64,000 nucleotides of DNA, from contig CM052850.1 in the NCBI GenBank assembly GCA_028534125.1, positions 5,270,001 through 5,334,000 of the forward strand, in the 5' to 3' direction. Position numbers and translations under genes: made by a program. This stretch comes from Lama glama. Lineage: Eukaryota. Positions 13,085 through 25,324 of this stretch are shown here, one piece after another. The notes below the pieces were generated by a model that saw only the letters and a list, made by a program, of their open reading frames with translations, did no database searches and was not told the DNA's origin. Each line of letters opens with the position of its first letter. Position 1 is the first letter of the stretch.

Positions 13085-13355
13085 CTTATGGTTACCAGGG
13101 AGGGAAGGGGGTGGGAAAGGATAAATTGGAAGTTCGAGATTTGCAGATACTAATATATGTAAAATAGATAAAAACAGCAACTTTATACTGTACAGCACAG
13201 GGAACCATATTCAATATCTTGTAGTAACTTATGGTGAAGAAGAATATGAGAACGAATGTATGTCTGTTCCTGTGTGACTGATGCATTATGCTGTACACCA
13301 GAAATTGACACAACATTGTAAACTGACTGTACTTCAATAAGAATATATTAAAAAA
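13085..13355 (+). mobile_element. Young 5'-truncated LINE-1 3' UTR with poly(A) and TSD
   Basis: cttatggttaccaggg...tacagcacagggaaccatattcaata...ctgtacaccagaaattgacacaacattgtaaactgactgtacttcaataa + A-tail; TSD agaagcagacctt 13072-13084 / aaaagtagacctt 13356-13368. Confidence 0.92.
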
Positions 13356-14484
13356 AAAAGTAGACCTTACTTTTCACGACTTCGCTGGCTTTGGATACTT
13401 GCAGACTACCCAGCCACAACAGGTTCAAGTTACGAAATTCAGCAGGGTGGGACGGAGATATGTGCTCTCAGGTCCTGCTGGAACATTACAGCATTGGAAT
13501 TCTAGTTACGATTTATTCCAAGCCTCAAATCTGTATGTCACTGATCTGCTGAACTGAACAAGTTGAAAGTGATCACATTTAGGAACTGTCGGTGGGAGGT
13601 TGGTGTTTCTTCCTCTTTAAACATCTTGAGAGCTAACGGGGTTCAATGATGTTCCCTGAAATCCACCCGACCTCCCTCTGCACAAATGAGCTCAGTTGGA
13701 GGTCAGGTTTACTGACGTTTAAATGAGTATATTTGGCTCCCTGTAGTGAGTGTCTGAACGCTGCTTCAGTGCACGGAAACTCAGTGATTTACCCTCATCC
13801 AGGTGAGAGAGGGGAATGTTGAGGCAATCAGGTGGGGATTGGGACACATGGAACACAAGTCTTCCAGCCAAGAATTAATTTCTTGATTGTATCATAGAAG
13901 GCTGTTTTGATACTGGGATGGGGGAACTTTAGGAATGTTCTACTGAGGCTGGGAAAGTTAAACAAGAGCTAGAGAGGGGCAGAGGAGGGAGGGAGGAGTC
14001 AGGAGGAATGCCCAGGTGAGGACACTGACACGACCAGTTTTTTCCTATGACGTCGTGTTCCCTCTTAGGGGACAAAAGACAGGACCCATTTGGGCTTTGG
14101 TGACTGAGCTTAGAATTTCTACGCTGAAATAATGGAAACCAAAGTTCGTTCCCTGTCAATACCAGTCATGGCAGACCTCCTTCCTTGACTCCTTATGCCC
14201 TCCAGTCATTCTCCCATTCTCTAATATTCTTCTGATACAAAGTCTTCACAAGAGCTGTCTAAATGTATCATTTCCATGGCTTCACGTCACATCCCAATCT
14301 CCCTTCAACCTAGTCACGTCAAGGCTCTGACTCTACCTCCCGACTGAAATCTCTTTTGCCAAGATTACCAGTGACCTCCACGTTCCCACATTGCTGTTTA
14401 CTCTCTTTTCTCATCTTGTTAGATCTCACAACATTTTGGGGCAATCTTGATTATTTCCTCCTTCTTGAAACACTCTCCTTTCTT

Positions 14485-14556
14485 TCTTTTTTTCTTTTTT
14501 AACTTTTTTTTTTGAGTTATAGTCACTTTACAATGTTGTGTCAAATTCTAGCGGAG
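14485..14556 (-). mobile_element. Young ultra-short LINE-1 3' tail inserted in L2, perfect 14-bp TSD
   Basis: T-tract + ttgagttatagtcactttacaatgttgtgtcaaattc; TSD cactctcctttctt at 14471-14484 and 14557-14570. Confidence 0.92.
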
Positions 14557-15337
14557 CACTCTCCTTTCTTGGTTTCTGTGAAAATTCTTTTTTCCTGACT
14601 CTTCTCTGATCTCGCTGACTGTACCTCCTTGGGTAGGTCTCTTCCACCCAAACTCTAAGTGTTGAGATTTTCCAGAGCTTGGACTTAGCTCCTCTTCTTT
14701 GTATCTTCCAGTCTCCTCTTAGGTGATCTGCTCAAGTTCCGTGTATTTAATTGCAACATTTACACTGATGTCTCCAACATTTATATCTTCTCTCTCAACC
14801 TCTCCTTTGAGTTCTAGACGTATAAAGCCAACTGGCTGCTGGGCATTCCCATTTGAAGGCATTTCCAACTGAGTAAGTCCAGAAAGGTGCTCTTGGTGTC
14901 AGTTTCCCAACTCCTCAACTTCATACCCCTCAACAAGTCCTGTCACTCCAAACTCTACCATGTACTTTGTTCTGTCCCTTGCTGTGCTTAGTCGTGGTCT
15001 ACAGCATCTTCCAACTGGCCTTGTGCAACTGCCTCCTAATTGGTCTTCCTTCTTCTAGTCTCGGTATTATAGTCCACTCTGCCAACAGCAGCAGCTTCCC
15101 TGCTCAGAAACTCTCCAAGTTTTCACATTGCCTCTAGAATAAAACCTAAGTTCCTATCATGTGTTCCAGGACTCGCTTGCTCTGTCTCTTACCTCTCCAA
15201 TCATTTTTTTTTTTACTGTACATTGCCCCTGATTCACCAGGATCTAGTCAGGCGGGTCTTGTTTTAGCCCCCTGAACACACCGTACTCCTTTGCACATCA
15301 AGGGTTTTGTGCATGCTGTCCTCTTTGCTTGGAATGG

Positions 15338-15486
15338 TAATTTACATCACCAACTTAATGGCATTTATTATGGGCCAGGCCAATTCTAAGTGCTTTTCAT
15401 GGATTAACACATTAAATTCTCATATCACCCACCCGAGATAGAAGCTGTTACTCCTCTGTTTAACTGATGAGGAGATTGATGCACAT
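15338..15486 (-). mobile_element. MIR SINE nested in L2
   Basis: tttattatgggccaggcc...taagtgctttt...attaaattctca...tttaactgatgaggagattgatgcaca. Confidence 0.75.
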
Positions 15487-16069
15487 TTACGCATCCGAGT
15501 GCTTGTTCTCCTTTCCATGTCATAGCTCCCTCATACTTTTTTAGGTCTTAGCTTCAATATCACTTCTCAAGGATGCTTTCCTTGACTCCCCTATCTAAAA
15601 TGCTAGTTTCAGTCTCAGTCCCTTGTTTTGACTTTTATAGCATTAAATATAACTTGCAATTTCTTTGTTTACTTTTGTTTGTATGGACTGAGATGAGGTC
15701 TTTCTCATTCACGTCTATATTCTCATGGCTCAGAATAGCAGCTGACTCTAAAATCTTTATTGAATGAATGAATGAATGAGGGAATGAATGACCACCTTCC
15801 ATGACACTTAGACGATGAACTAGGGAGAGGGAAGGGAAAGGGGTGGGAGGGTATGTTGTGTGGAGACACCAAATGAGTCATAGACGTGATGTCCCTGTCC
15901 TCAAGACTTGTTCTATGCTGCTCCATTCCTCCTGAAGCAACATCAATAAAGCAAACAAGAAAAATGAGTAAGAAAAAGCTTAAAGAGAAGACTGGTCACT
16001 CATATATTTCTCTGATCATAGCCTAAGCCTGAAAGTAACAAAATCCTATCGGGTACCACTCAGTGGGAG

Positions 16070-16255
16070 AAATGACATAGACAGAAGCATGGAGGTAGGA
16101 ATCAGGGTTTGAAGGAGTTACTATAGCAGCCTGTCTAGGGTAGAGGGTTGAGTGGCAGTGCAGTGAAATAACTTCAGGAAATCAGGTTGGGACCCTGAAC
16201 ACTGGCTTAGGGATGTGAATCAGTGAAGGTGAAAAGCCACTGAAAATCTTTGTAC
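16070..16255 (-). mobile_element. L2 fragment, antisense
   Basis: agaagcatggaggtagga...aaatcaggttgggacc...aagccactgaaaatcttt. Confidence 0.5.
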
Positions 16256-17172
16256 CAGTAGTTTTGGAATTACCAAGAATCGTGAAACCCTTGATATATA
16301 ACAGATATTAAGTTGGTGTTCCAAAGTCTGTTTATGCAAGTTATAAGAAGCGTGTAAATTATAAGAATGTATCTTCCTTTTGTCACTTGCTGTCTCCTCT
16401 ATGAGGACCCACAGTTTCAGTGCCAGTAAAACTATGTTAGATAAAGTTAGCATATAATTATCTTGTAGCTAATTGTGTTTCTGCCTTTTCTAGGGCTCAA
16501 AAGAATCTGGACATAAAATTTAAATGATTTAAATAATTGTGCTGGTCTTTTTGTCTTGGATTTCTGTCTATTATCGCTCCCTGGGTTCATATTACTGTCA
16601 GGTGTTGATTATTTATTGATTTTGATGTTGTTATCTTTGTTTTTATTTTTCTGTATTTTGCATATTTTTATAATCGCCCACAAATCCTTTTTGGTGGAAA
16701 AGGGTTACCCTCTGGCTAATATATACTCAAAAAATTTCGTAGGCTTAGAAATATTTTTTGGGTATATTATTCTTGCTTCACTAGTGCAAAGGTGACAGTA
16801 TTTATTTAACATGGAATTGGTGTAGGGGTAGTTGACAGAATCTTTTTTTTAAGCCAACTTCCTTTACCCTTGTGAATCATTTGGTACTCAAAGGAGCAAA
16901 CATTAACGGAGAGGGAACGCTGGTGTAGCAACGACCCTGCCTTAAATTTCATGGGACCTGATGTGAAAAGTACTAAAAGTTCCTGGGGAGTGGCTATCCA
17001 ACCTTAAAAAAGCAATTAAGTGGTCGTGGAAGGGGCTAGGTCTCAACTTGACTTTCTAGACCCTCATGGGCACCTCTTCAGAGGTTTGACATGCCAGAGT
17101 GTTAGCATTTTCATTTCCAATCTTCCTCTTTTTTTTTTTCTGTTTCAAGGGAAGATTAAATTATATTCAAAA

Positions 17173-17720
17173 CAGTGTTTCTCTCAGTGTGGTCCAGGGG
17201 TCCTTGGGAGGTCCATAAGACCTACCAGTGGGTCCATGAAATCAAAACTATGTTCAAAATAACATTAAGACATGATTTGCTTTTTCCACGTCCATATTCT
17301 CATGGTGCACAGCAGAGTTTTCTAGGGGCTGCGTGATGTGATATCACAAGAGATTGAATACAGAAGCAGATAGGAGACTCCAGTTGCTTTCTTTAAGCTA
17401 GGCATTAAAGATATTTGGAAAAATGCAAAACAGTGCCATTCTTTTCATTAAAATTATTTTAATTGAAAAATATATTTAAAAAATAAAAACGTTATTCATG
17501 TTGACATATGGGTTTATTACAATAATATTTAAATGAATGAATGAATAAATATTTTAAACATTTCTTGTTTAAAATTTTGCCTATGTTATGTATTGTGAAC
17601 ATTAACAGTTCTTATGGAAAATGAAAAAGAGATTGCATTAAATAAAAGCCTTTTGGGGTCTTTAATAAATTTTTAAGAATGTAAAGGGATCCAGAGGCCC
17701 AACAGTTTGGTAATTACCAC
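17173..17720 (+). mobile_element. MER119-type hAT-Charlie non-autonomous DNA transposon
   Basis: Starts cagtgtttctctcagtgtggtcc; internal gattgaatacagaagcagataggagactccag and ggcattaaagatatttggaaaaatg; ends cagtttggtaattaccac; flanks share ttcaaaa. Confidence 0.8.
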
Positions 17721-17899
17721 TTCAAAACTATTAGCATACCAGTGTAACTTTTCCTTTGTTGAGGAGAGGAACATTGAAGAATTAAAGAAATGGAACACAC
17801 AGGTGATTCTGGTGAGGTAGTTAGAGTGGGGACAGGCTCACATTAGACAAGCCTCTTAGAGGACAGAGACGTGACTCGCCCAAACCATCTCTGTTTCCA

Positions 17900-18155
17900 A
17901 CTGCCTTTTATCCAGGATGTTATCTAGTGCCCAGGAGCAGCTCAATACAATCTGGCTATTGAATGAACTAACGAATAAATGATAAAACACAATTCATCCT
18001 CTTGAAAAGTGCACTTGACATGGTGTACAAGCTCTAATTAGGGTCAGTCCTGCCATCAGCAATTGAGCTGAGCTTTCATTCATTCAATTTTCAATCCATC
18101 CATTTATTCAATGGTTATTTATTGAGTACCTGTTATGTGCCAAATGCTATGTATG
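17900..18155. mobile_element. Two L2 3'-end fragments in opposite orientation
   Basis: + tail ctagtgcccaggagcagctcaata...tgaatgaac; - tail cattcattcaa...tttattgagtacctgttatgtgcca. Confidence 0.6.
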
Positions 18156-18764
18156 TCACATTACATCTTCAGTTTTCTCATCTCTAAAAAAGGAAGCTCA
18201 AATAATCTGTGAAAACCCTTCTAGCAGTGTCTTCCTCGGGATAATACAAGAGCTCTCTCTCCGTCTCTCTTGGATAAGCTGACACAAGAAAGAAGATAAC
18301 TTTCCTCGGGCAAAAAGCATTGTCTGCTTTAAGTGCTGCTGTAGAAACTTAAGCAGCAGATGGCCGGCTGTCTTGGTGTTTTACAGATAGAAATGGTCAA
18401 GTCTGGAAATGAAGAAAAATTTAAAGCATGAAATCAGCTAGCTCAATCTTATTTTCTTGATTTATTCAGCGTTAAATTCCAACCAAATAATTTCAATTTA
18501 GGGAGTTTGGAAACCCTACCAATGTCTCTCCCTTAGCAGAAAGATGATGATCAGAAGTCTGTTGTGAGAAATCTGAGAGATCTGTGCAGTGAATGCAAGC
18601 CAGGAAACTGTGTCCTGGCTCTTAATGGGCCATGACTTCGGAGAGAACAAATGCCCCCTTTCCTTTAGCCATTTGTCCATAGCTTCTATTCTAGTTGGCA
18701 AAGTCTTAAGCATTTAAGCTCCATATGCCTATTTCTCCGAGACTTGTGTGGACAAGTTTCCATC

Positions 18765-19196
18765 TGTATTTGTCAGTTTTCATTAGGTTATGCTGCAGTA
18801 ACAAGCAGTCCCTATATCTCAGTGGCTTACAACAAAAGTTTATTTCTTGATTACATATCATATTGGCTGGGGGTTGGAATGGCACTGCTCCTGCTCCAGA
18901 TATCTTCTTCCTCAAAGAACCTAGATTGAAGAAACAGCCACCATTTGGGATAATTGCTACTGTGGAACATTGAAAAAGAGACACGGCTGAATCACACAAT
19001 GGTTCTTATGTAGAAAGTGGCATTCGGTTCATATTCAGTTGGGCAAAGCAAGTCTCAAGCAACCTGCAGTCACTGGGGGCAGGGGATAGACGCCTCTCAG
19101 GAAGTTTCTGAAATCGCTTGGCAGTGGGCAGGGATGTGTATGTCTCCTGCAGAAAGGGAGAGTGAACAATTAAGAACAAGAATACAATCTAGCACA
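18765..19196 (-). mobile_element. MaLR solo LTR (MLT1H/I/J-type), antisense
   Basis: TG...CA ends; ttaggttatgctgcagtaacaa, ctcagtggcttacaacaaaagtttatttctt, ttgggcaaagcaagtc; 5-bp TSD ccatc/ccatt. Confidence 0.85.
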
Positions 19197-20308
19197 CCAT
19201 TCTTTGCACGATATTATATAAATAAACTGTCCTCTCTATCCAGTTCATTTTACTTTATTATATTGAAGAAGGAAAGGGGATCTTCCTGGAGTTCATGAAC
19301 TCAAAAAATATGCTTATAGGCCTCTTAGAGTACAGTCTAGGGGACTTTCTCAGTTTCAGAGATGAGTCGTGGTCTTTTTGCCATGAACTTAGAAAAATAC
19401 AGGAAAATGAAAAATCACAGTCCTTCACCAAACGGAAATAAGATAAACATACACTCACTGGGAACAGTGCCCTCGCTGTCCCAGGCATTCCATAAAAGGG
19501 AGAGGCCACGAATAAGAGCACTGGTTCCTGTGGGTTTTCTCCTTCGTCTCTGTCCCTTCCCTGTAGAAACCCCACTTCTCCAATCTCTGAGCCAAGAGTG
19601 TAAGGAGAGACAGTGCCCTCTCAATGCACTCTGCGAGGGAAGGTTCAAGAAAAACGCCTGGCAAGGCAAAATGTACCCCTTAGGTAATCCTCCCCCCTTC
19701 CCCCCAGATTCTCTAACCTCTTCTTTTCTGCTTCAATTTAGGCCATTAACACTTTGCACCTGGACTGTTACGATAGTTTCCTAGTCGGCTTCTCTGCCTT
19801 CACATCTACTCCCTGGTAATCTATTCTCCTCTTCAGTGATCTCTCCAACGTAGAAACTAAACCATGTCACTGCCCTGTAACATTATTCCCCAGTGCCTAC
19901 TCTTTTGAGCCACCTGAGAAATGGGATAATAATATCTACTTTGTAGGGTTGAGCGTGGGGGTAGAAGGAGATAATCCATGTGAAGTGCCTGACACTGTGT
20001 CTCAATAAATGGCAGCTAATGATGAATATTATGATAAAAATTAGAATCCTTTTGCAAGATCTACCAGGCCTTCCAGACTGGGCTGCTAACGACCGAAGCA
20101 GATGTTCTGGCTCCCCGCCCACACCCTCCAGCCCTCCCTGCACCCTGTGCTCTGGCCTTGCCAAATCACACTCCGCTCGCCAGTCGGCCGCCTTGTTCTT
20201 CAGCTTTGTGCCACTGCCTGGGTGCCATCTCTGGACTTCTCTTCCTTACTCAGTTCCCTCAGGCCCCACTGCTTAGAATGAAGGTGTAATTCAAAAGTCA
20301 CTCACGGT

Positions 20309-20608
20309 GGGGGAGGGTATAGCTCATTGGTAGAGTGCATGCTTAGCATGCAAGAGGTCCCGAGTTCAATCCCCAATCCCCAGTACCTCAGTTAAAAAAT
20401 AAATAGATAAAAAATGTGACAATGAATATATCTATGTTCATGTATAACTGAAAAATTGTGCTCTACACTGGAATTTGACACAACATTTTGTAAAATGACT
20501 ATAACTCAATAAAACAATGTAAAAAGAAAAAGCAAGGCTGCTATGAAGGAAAAAAAATAGATAAAAATAAATAAATCCAATTACCCTCCAAAAAAAAAAA
20601 TTAAAAAG
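20309..20608 (+). mobile_element. tRNA-Ala-derived camelid SINE (Vic-1 type), interrupted by an L1 tail
   Basis: ggggagggtatagctcattggtagagtgcatgcttagcatgc...gttcaatcccc (Pol III A/B boxes), aattaccctcc + A-tail; TSD aaaagtcactcac(g/a)gt 20293-20308 / 20609-20624. Confidence 0.93.
20414..20554 (+). mobile_element. Young LINE-1 3' tail inserted into the SINE A-rich linker
   Basis: atgtgacaatgaatatat...ttgtgctctacactggaatttgacacaac...ataactcaataaaa; TSD aaatagataaaaa 20401-20413 / 20555-20567. Confidence 0.88.
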
Positions 20609-21571
20609 AAAAGTCACTCACAGTCTCGGGTTGCTCCTGGCCCTCCAGGAGAGTGAGCTGTTCCCTGCACTGGCATCCTGAATCACGCCACTTCTAACAC
20701 TGTATTGTTTTCCTGTTTGTCTTTTCTGCTAGACTGCAAGTCCTCTGAGGGTGAAGACCCTGCTTTATTTATCTTTCCAAGTGGGCCACATTGCCTGGCA
20801 TTGCACGAGGTGCTCAGAGGAATGACAGACCGCAGGAAGGGATTGCATAAAAAAAAAGACAGATTATGCTCAAGCCACAGCCATGCTGAGAGTCTAAGCT
20901 TGCAGTGGGGAACCAGAGAGTAGGTCTATATGCTTTGCTGGAAGGGGGTCAACACAGCCTTGGGTAAGAGTGGCTTTGGTATGTATGCCTTTAGGGACAT
21001 AAATGTATCATGAAAAACAATTCTGAGTTAAAAAGACCTCCAGATGGGCTTCCCCTTGATATAGTATAAGTGGGCCTTTTATAGATCCGCTGCTTAGCAT
21101 CCTAAATCTTGAGATGTCACGCTGCCCCTGGGGTTAGCCGGTTGCCTTGGACCGAGTAGGCGGGCGAGGGTAAGATTAAACAAGTAATTCTGTTTGCCTG
21201 CTGCACACACCATTGTTTAGCCAGAAAAATTAAATTCCTATTCAGGCCTCACGGCGAGTTTAATAAATGCTTCAGGTTCATAGAACCGTGTGCGAGGCAG
21301 GAAGGAACAAAGCCATTCCCTGGGAGTGACATATTTATTAACCTCACCGCGTAATGCGAGCCTGGCACCCGGGAGGCTGGTCAGGCAGTAGGTGGGCCTG
21401 GCCAGCACGGACGAATCAGACCTCCTGGCTGCGCACCCGATCTTCTGTGACAGCGCGGCTAGGAAGACAGGGCTCCCGCTTCAGCAGACCTGGGCTCAGA
21501 CGCCAGCTCCGGCGCTTTGAGGCCTCTCACCTGGGACAGGCTGCTTGCGGCTCCTTGCCTCCTCGTCTTCT

Positions 21572-21826
21572 CAGTAGCTGCCATTTACGGACAGCTTGTC
21601 ATGTGTGAGGCCATGTAGTTTGCTTTAAGCTTGTTAATTTTTACTATGGTAAAATATACCTGACACGAAATTTGCCACTTTAGCCATTTTTAGGTGTATG
21701 AGTTAGTGCCATTAAGTACAAACACAGTGCATCTGCTTTGATCTGATGTCACCCCTGTGAGGAGGGTGTTACTGCTCCTTCCTTTCACAGATAAGGAGAC
21801 TGAGGCTCTGAGAGGTTAAGTAAAGA
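21572..21826 (-). mobile_element. MIR (antisense) interrupted by an older L1 (L1MA/MB-type) 3' end at about 21630-21730
   Basis: MIR: agctgccatttac...tttcacagataaggagactgaggctctgagaggttaagtaa; L1: tatggtaaaatatacctgacacgaaatttgccactttagccatttttaggtgta. Confidence 0.75.
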
Positions 21827-22737
21827 TGATTCTTGTAAGATTCTTGATGCTAAATATAAGGAAGCTGTTATTATTATTATTTTGCTTTCAGGACCCAGGC
21901 CAGAGGACCCTATTTAGACCATGGGAAAGGGAGAGCAGAGAATGGAAGTACTAGATTCCTTAATTTTCCTGATGCGTTAGCCCACCTGCCTCAGCCAGTG
22001 GAGGGAAGGAAGACAGGCAGCATGTCAAGACCCCTGCCTCCTCCGCCCTGGGCAGACAAGTGTCCAGGCCCCAGCTCCTGGGCTGACCTCTCAGGGCTGA
22101 CCCACTCCAACCACAGCCCCGGGGGTTGGGGGGAGGAAATGAGTTAAGTCTGTCTTCAGACACGTCCATATTGATCCTGTCAGTTTCTTGCTGCTTGCTG
22201 ACAGGAGATAGATGGCTCATAACGCAGTTGGGCACAGTACATTACGTCCCCATCTCGGGGCTCCTAAATCATTTCGAAATTTTAAATTCCCTAATCAATA
22301 TTTTATGGCAAGCACGAGACCATGATCAGGCCTGCCTCTCTCTGGGGCGTGTGCTCACACACGGGGGCCTGGTGGATGAGTGGCTGGAGGGGTCAGCCCC
22401 GCCTGGGGAGGACGGCAGGCTGTGTTCTCCTGAGGGCGGTCATGTAGGGCAGGCGGAGAGCAGAGGGACCCTTGCAAGTCACATGGTCCCAGTGTCTGCC
22501 TTTAAAGGGGAAGTGCCTGAGCGGATCAGGAGATGACGAGGTTGGTCCTCGGTCGCCAACTCATAGCAAAACTGAGGCCGGAACGTAGGTCTTCTGACTC
22601 CTAGCCCAAAGCTCTTTCTGTGAAAGCATGCCTAGCAGAGTGTCTGTTACGTAGGACATACTCAACAAATATTTGTCCAGTGTTGAACAGACGTTACAGC
22701 TGGCAAAAAGCCAAAGTTTGGGCCAATGAGGCTTCGT

Positions 22738-22971
22738 GCTTATTCAGCCCTTACTAAGCGCCAGCCTCTGTTCTAAGTTCCATACTTGTAAATATCAGCC
22801 CGTACACACCGTCCCACGAGGCAGGCGCTATCACTTCCGTTTTACACACGGCCAAACGGAGGCTCTGAGAGGTCAGTGACTCGTTCAAGGTCACACAGCT
22901 GGTGGGTGAGAAGGAGCCTGCACGGAAACCCAGGCTCCAGACCCTGTGCCTTAATCACTGTGCTGTGTTGG
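22738..22971 (-). mobile_element. MIR SINE
   Basis: cttactaagcgccag...ccgttttacac...ggaggctctgagaggtcagtgactcgttcaaggtcacacagct. Confidence 0.85.
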
Positions 22972-23061
22972 CTCACCGTACAGATTGGGTTTGCTGTTCC
23001 CCGGTTGTGTTTAGACCCACATCCAAAACGCATCTGTGTTTCATCATATGGAAAAGACAGG

Positions 23062-23121
23062 AAAAAAAAAAAAGAAGAAGAAGAAGAAGAGAAAAAAAAG
23101 AAGAAGAAGAAGAAAAAAAAA
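23062..23121. repeat. A-rich / (GAA)n simple repeat
   Basis: aaaaaaaaaaagaagaagaagaagaagagaaaaaaaagaagaagaagaagaaaaaaaa. Confidence 0.95.
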
Positions 23122-24339
23122 GGACTCTCGTTTAGCCAATGGCTAAGAAGTTAAGCAGTCAGCTGTCAAATCTGAGGCCTTCAAAGATGCTGGAGGTGAC
23201 GGAGGACCAGACGTGAGAGTGTTTAGAGGAAGCAGCCGCTGGGTGGAAAGACAGGGCCCTGGTGTCTCAGGGCTTGGAGCAGGAAGTAGGTGCTCAAAGA
23301 AATGTTGATGGTGCAGGCAATCAGCAGGCCTGTTCAAATGCTGCAATGGAGAAAGGGGGAAAAAAAAAATCCTCACCCCTTACACTGGTTCACAAAGCCT
23401 TCTCCACCAGACCCGGTCCCTCCCGGACTTCTCCCTCCCTTCCTCTTGCGGGTCACCCCAACTCACTGTGCTGCAGCATTCCTGCAGAGGACTGCCTCAC
23501 CACCACTGTCCCCTTGGCCTGAAACGCTTGTCCACGCGGCTGTCCCGTGGCTGGCTCTTTCCTGTGCTGTACATCTCAGTTGAAAATATCACCTGTTCAG
23601 AGAGACCTTCCCGGCTCACCCAGTCGAAACCACCCATTAGGGCAGAAGCTCCTTGAGAGCAAAGCCTCCTGGCTCAGTTCTAGGATGGTGCCTGATGCAT
23701 GAGTCAGGAATCTCACTCCCCACCTCCCAGGGAAGTTCACGTCATTTTTGGGCAGCTCTGATGGCTGCAAAGTTCTTCCTTGTTTGGGCGTGAATCCTGA
23801 CTCTTTGTGGCTTCTGTTCATTCACTGGTCTTGATTCAATTCCTGGGGCCCCCTGATAGCCATGCTCCACTCGCAGAAAACTCTGGAGACTGGGAGCCCC
23901 ACTGTTCTGGGCAGACCGCGCAGGCCAGGAAGCAGAGGGAGCAGCTGTCAGGTCCGAGCTGCAGGGGTTTCATGATACAGCTTGTGCAGTTTTAGCTGTC
24001 AGAGTTAGCTTGCTTTTCCAAGGGAACATGCAGAGAATTCTGGATCAACGTTTTTGAGTCCTCCTAGAGAAGGCAGAGGTTTTGCCAAGAGCAGAGAAGG
24101 AAAGACAGTACTTGGCTGTTTTCCTTTTAAAGGGCCCTGTTACAAACGCAGGCCAATAATCACGCTCTCGTCCCCTTCCACGTCGTTTGATACATTGCAA
24201 AGCCCTTGCATGCACATTACTGGACGCTCTCATCAATCTTATAAGATATCTGAGACAGGTATCACTGCCTCTGGAGAAGAAAGGACTTGCCTAAGACATT
24301 CCAACTGTGACTTCAGGTCTGTCTGTGATGACACAGGGT

Positions 24340-24490
24340 TGTGCTTCTCAAAACCGGGCGTAAAAGTCACTTGGACGTGTGTTAAAACACAGATTCCCAG
24401 AGATCCTGATGCCACAGGCCTGGGGTGGGGCCCAGGCCTAACAAGCACCCTGGTGATGCTGACGTGGGGCTGCGTGGGTCCAGATAGCCC
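24340..24490. mobile_element. MER5-type hAT-Charlie MITE
   Basis: gtgcttctcaaa...gttaaaacacagattccc...ggcctggggtggggcccagg...taacaagcaccctggtgatgctga. Confidence 0.7.
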
Positions 24491-24551
24491 CCACCCTGCC
24501 CGGGGCGCTGCGGCTGGCTGTCGCACCACTGCCTCTCTCTGAACTACGGTC

Positions 24552-24772
24552 AATAGCAGGTAACGCCGGAAAGCGTTTCACCTACAGTATCTCATCTAAT
24601 CTCACAATGACCCGTGAGATAACTACGTTTATTAGTCCCATTTTATGGATGAGAAACTGAAGATTCACAGAGGTCAGGTAACTTGCCCAAAGTCCCTCTT
24701 TTGGTAAGTAGCCAAGTCTGAGTTTTGCTGGACTTCAGAGCAATGGATTTAACCACAATGCCCTGCTCCCTC
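24552..24772 (-). mobile_element. MIR SINE
   Basis: atctcatctaatctcacaa...cccattttatggatgagaaactgaag...aggtaacttgcccaaagtc. Confidence 0.85.
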
Positions 24773-25324
24773 CTGGAAGAGAGAGGGAATTCTGGCTAAC
24801 TGGGTCTCTTGTCCTCTTTGGAAGAAGGACCCTGCTTCCCACTGGGCATGAAGATGAAAGCTGAGGTCCCCTGAATTTAGAAAAGAGCCTAACTTCTTTT
24901 TAGGAGTCACAGCTACCCTGCAGCTAGGTGCTGTCTATACCACCCTGGCTTGTAAGGCATCAGATCACACCCACAGGACACCTTAAACTTCTGCTAAGCT
25001 CCACATGCCATCGTGCAGGGCAGAGCCACCCTGGGCAGGATGGCCGAACGGGCTTGATGTGGGAACCTGCATCCCTGCGCGTTCCTCCCTGCCCTCCCCG
25101 GCAGCCTTTTGGAGCGTTCCTGCTTTTTGATCTTCTAAGCAGAATAAGAGTTATTAAACCTTTAGGATGGAAAGGTTAACAACTTCATGAATAACTCCTC
25201 CCACAGGTCTTTGCATTTTAAAGAGGATCGGGAGAGAAATCAGTGACTAACCAATAGAATTCATTCCTAAAGGCTGGGCTTCTGCTATCACAGTGGGCAG
25301 GTTGCGGGGACAGGGGTCTTCCTC

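Larger units (their letters stand above)
14190..15792 (+). mobile_element. L2 LINE 3' portion (about 1.5 kb), interrupted by an L1 tail and a MIR
   Basis: ccaagattaccagtgacctcc, cctccttcttgaaacactctcc, gcaactgcctcctaattggtcttcc, agaataaaacctaagttcct, terminal (tgaa)n tail at 15761-15792. Confidence 0.85.
19700..20830 (+). mobile_element. L2 3' portion, interrupted by a MIR (about 19900-20030) and a SINE/L1 composite
   Basis: cacctggactgttacgatagtttcctag, aaccatgtcactgccctg, ctagactgcaagtcctctgagggtgaagacc...cctggcattgcacgaggtgctcag. Confidence 0.7.

Noticed and set aside
20309-20390. tRNA-Ala(AGC)-like sequences (also about 33490-33560, 37890-37960 on the minus strand, and 60905-60980) as tRNA genes
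   Set aside because: Each continues into a shared non-tRNA linker and A-tail and is flanked by TSDs, so they are SINEs; acceptor and D stems are degenerate.
22876-23154. Lys/Glu/Arg-rich ORFs resembling nuclear localisation signals
   Set aside because: Translations of a MIR plus an A/(GAA)n simple repeat.
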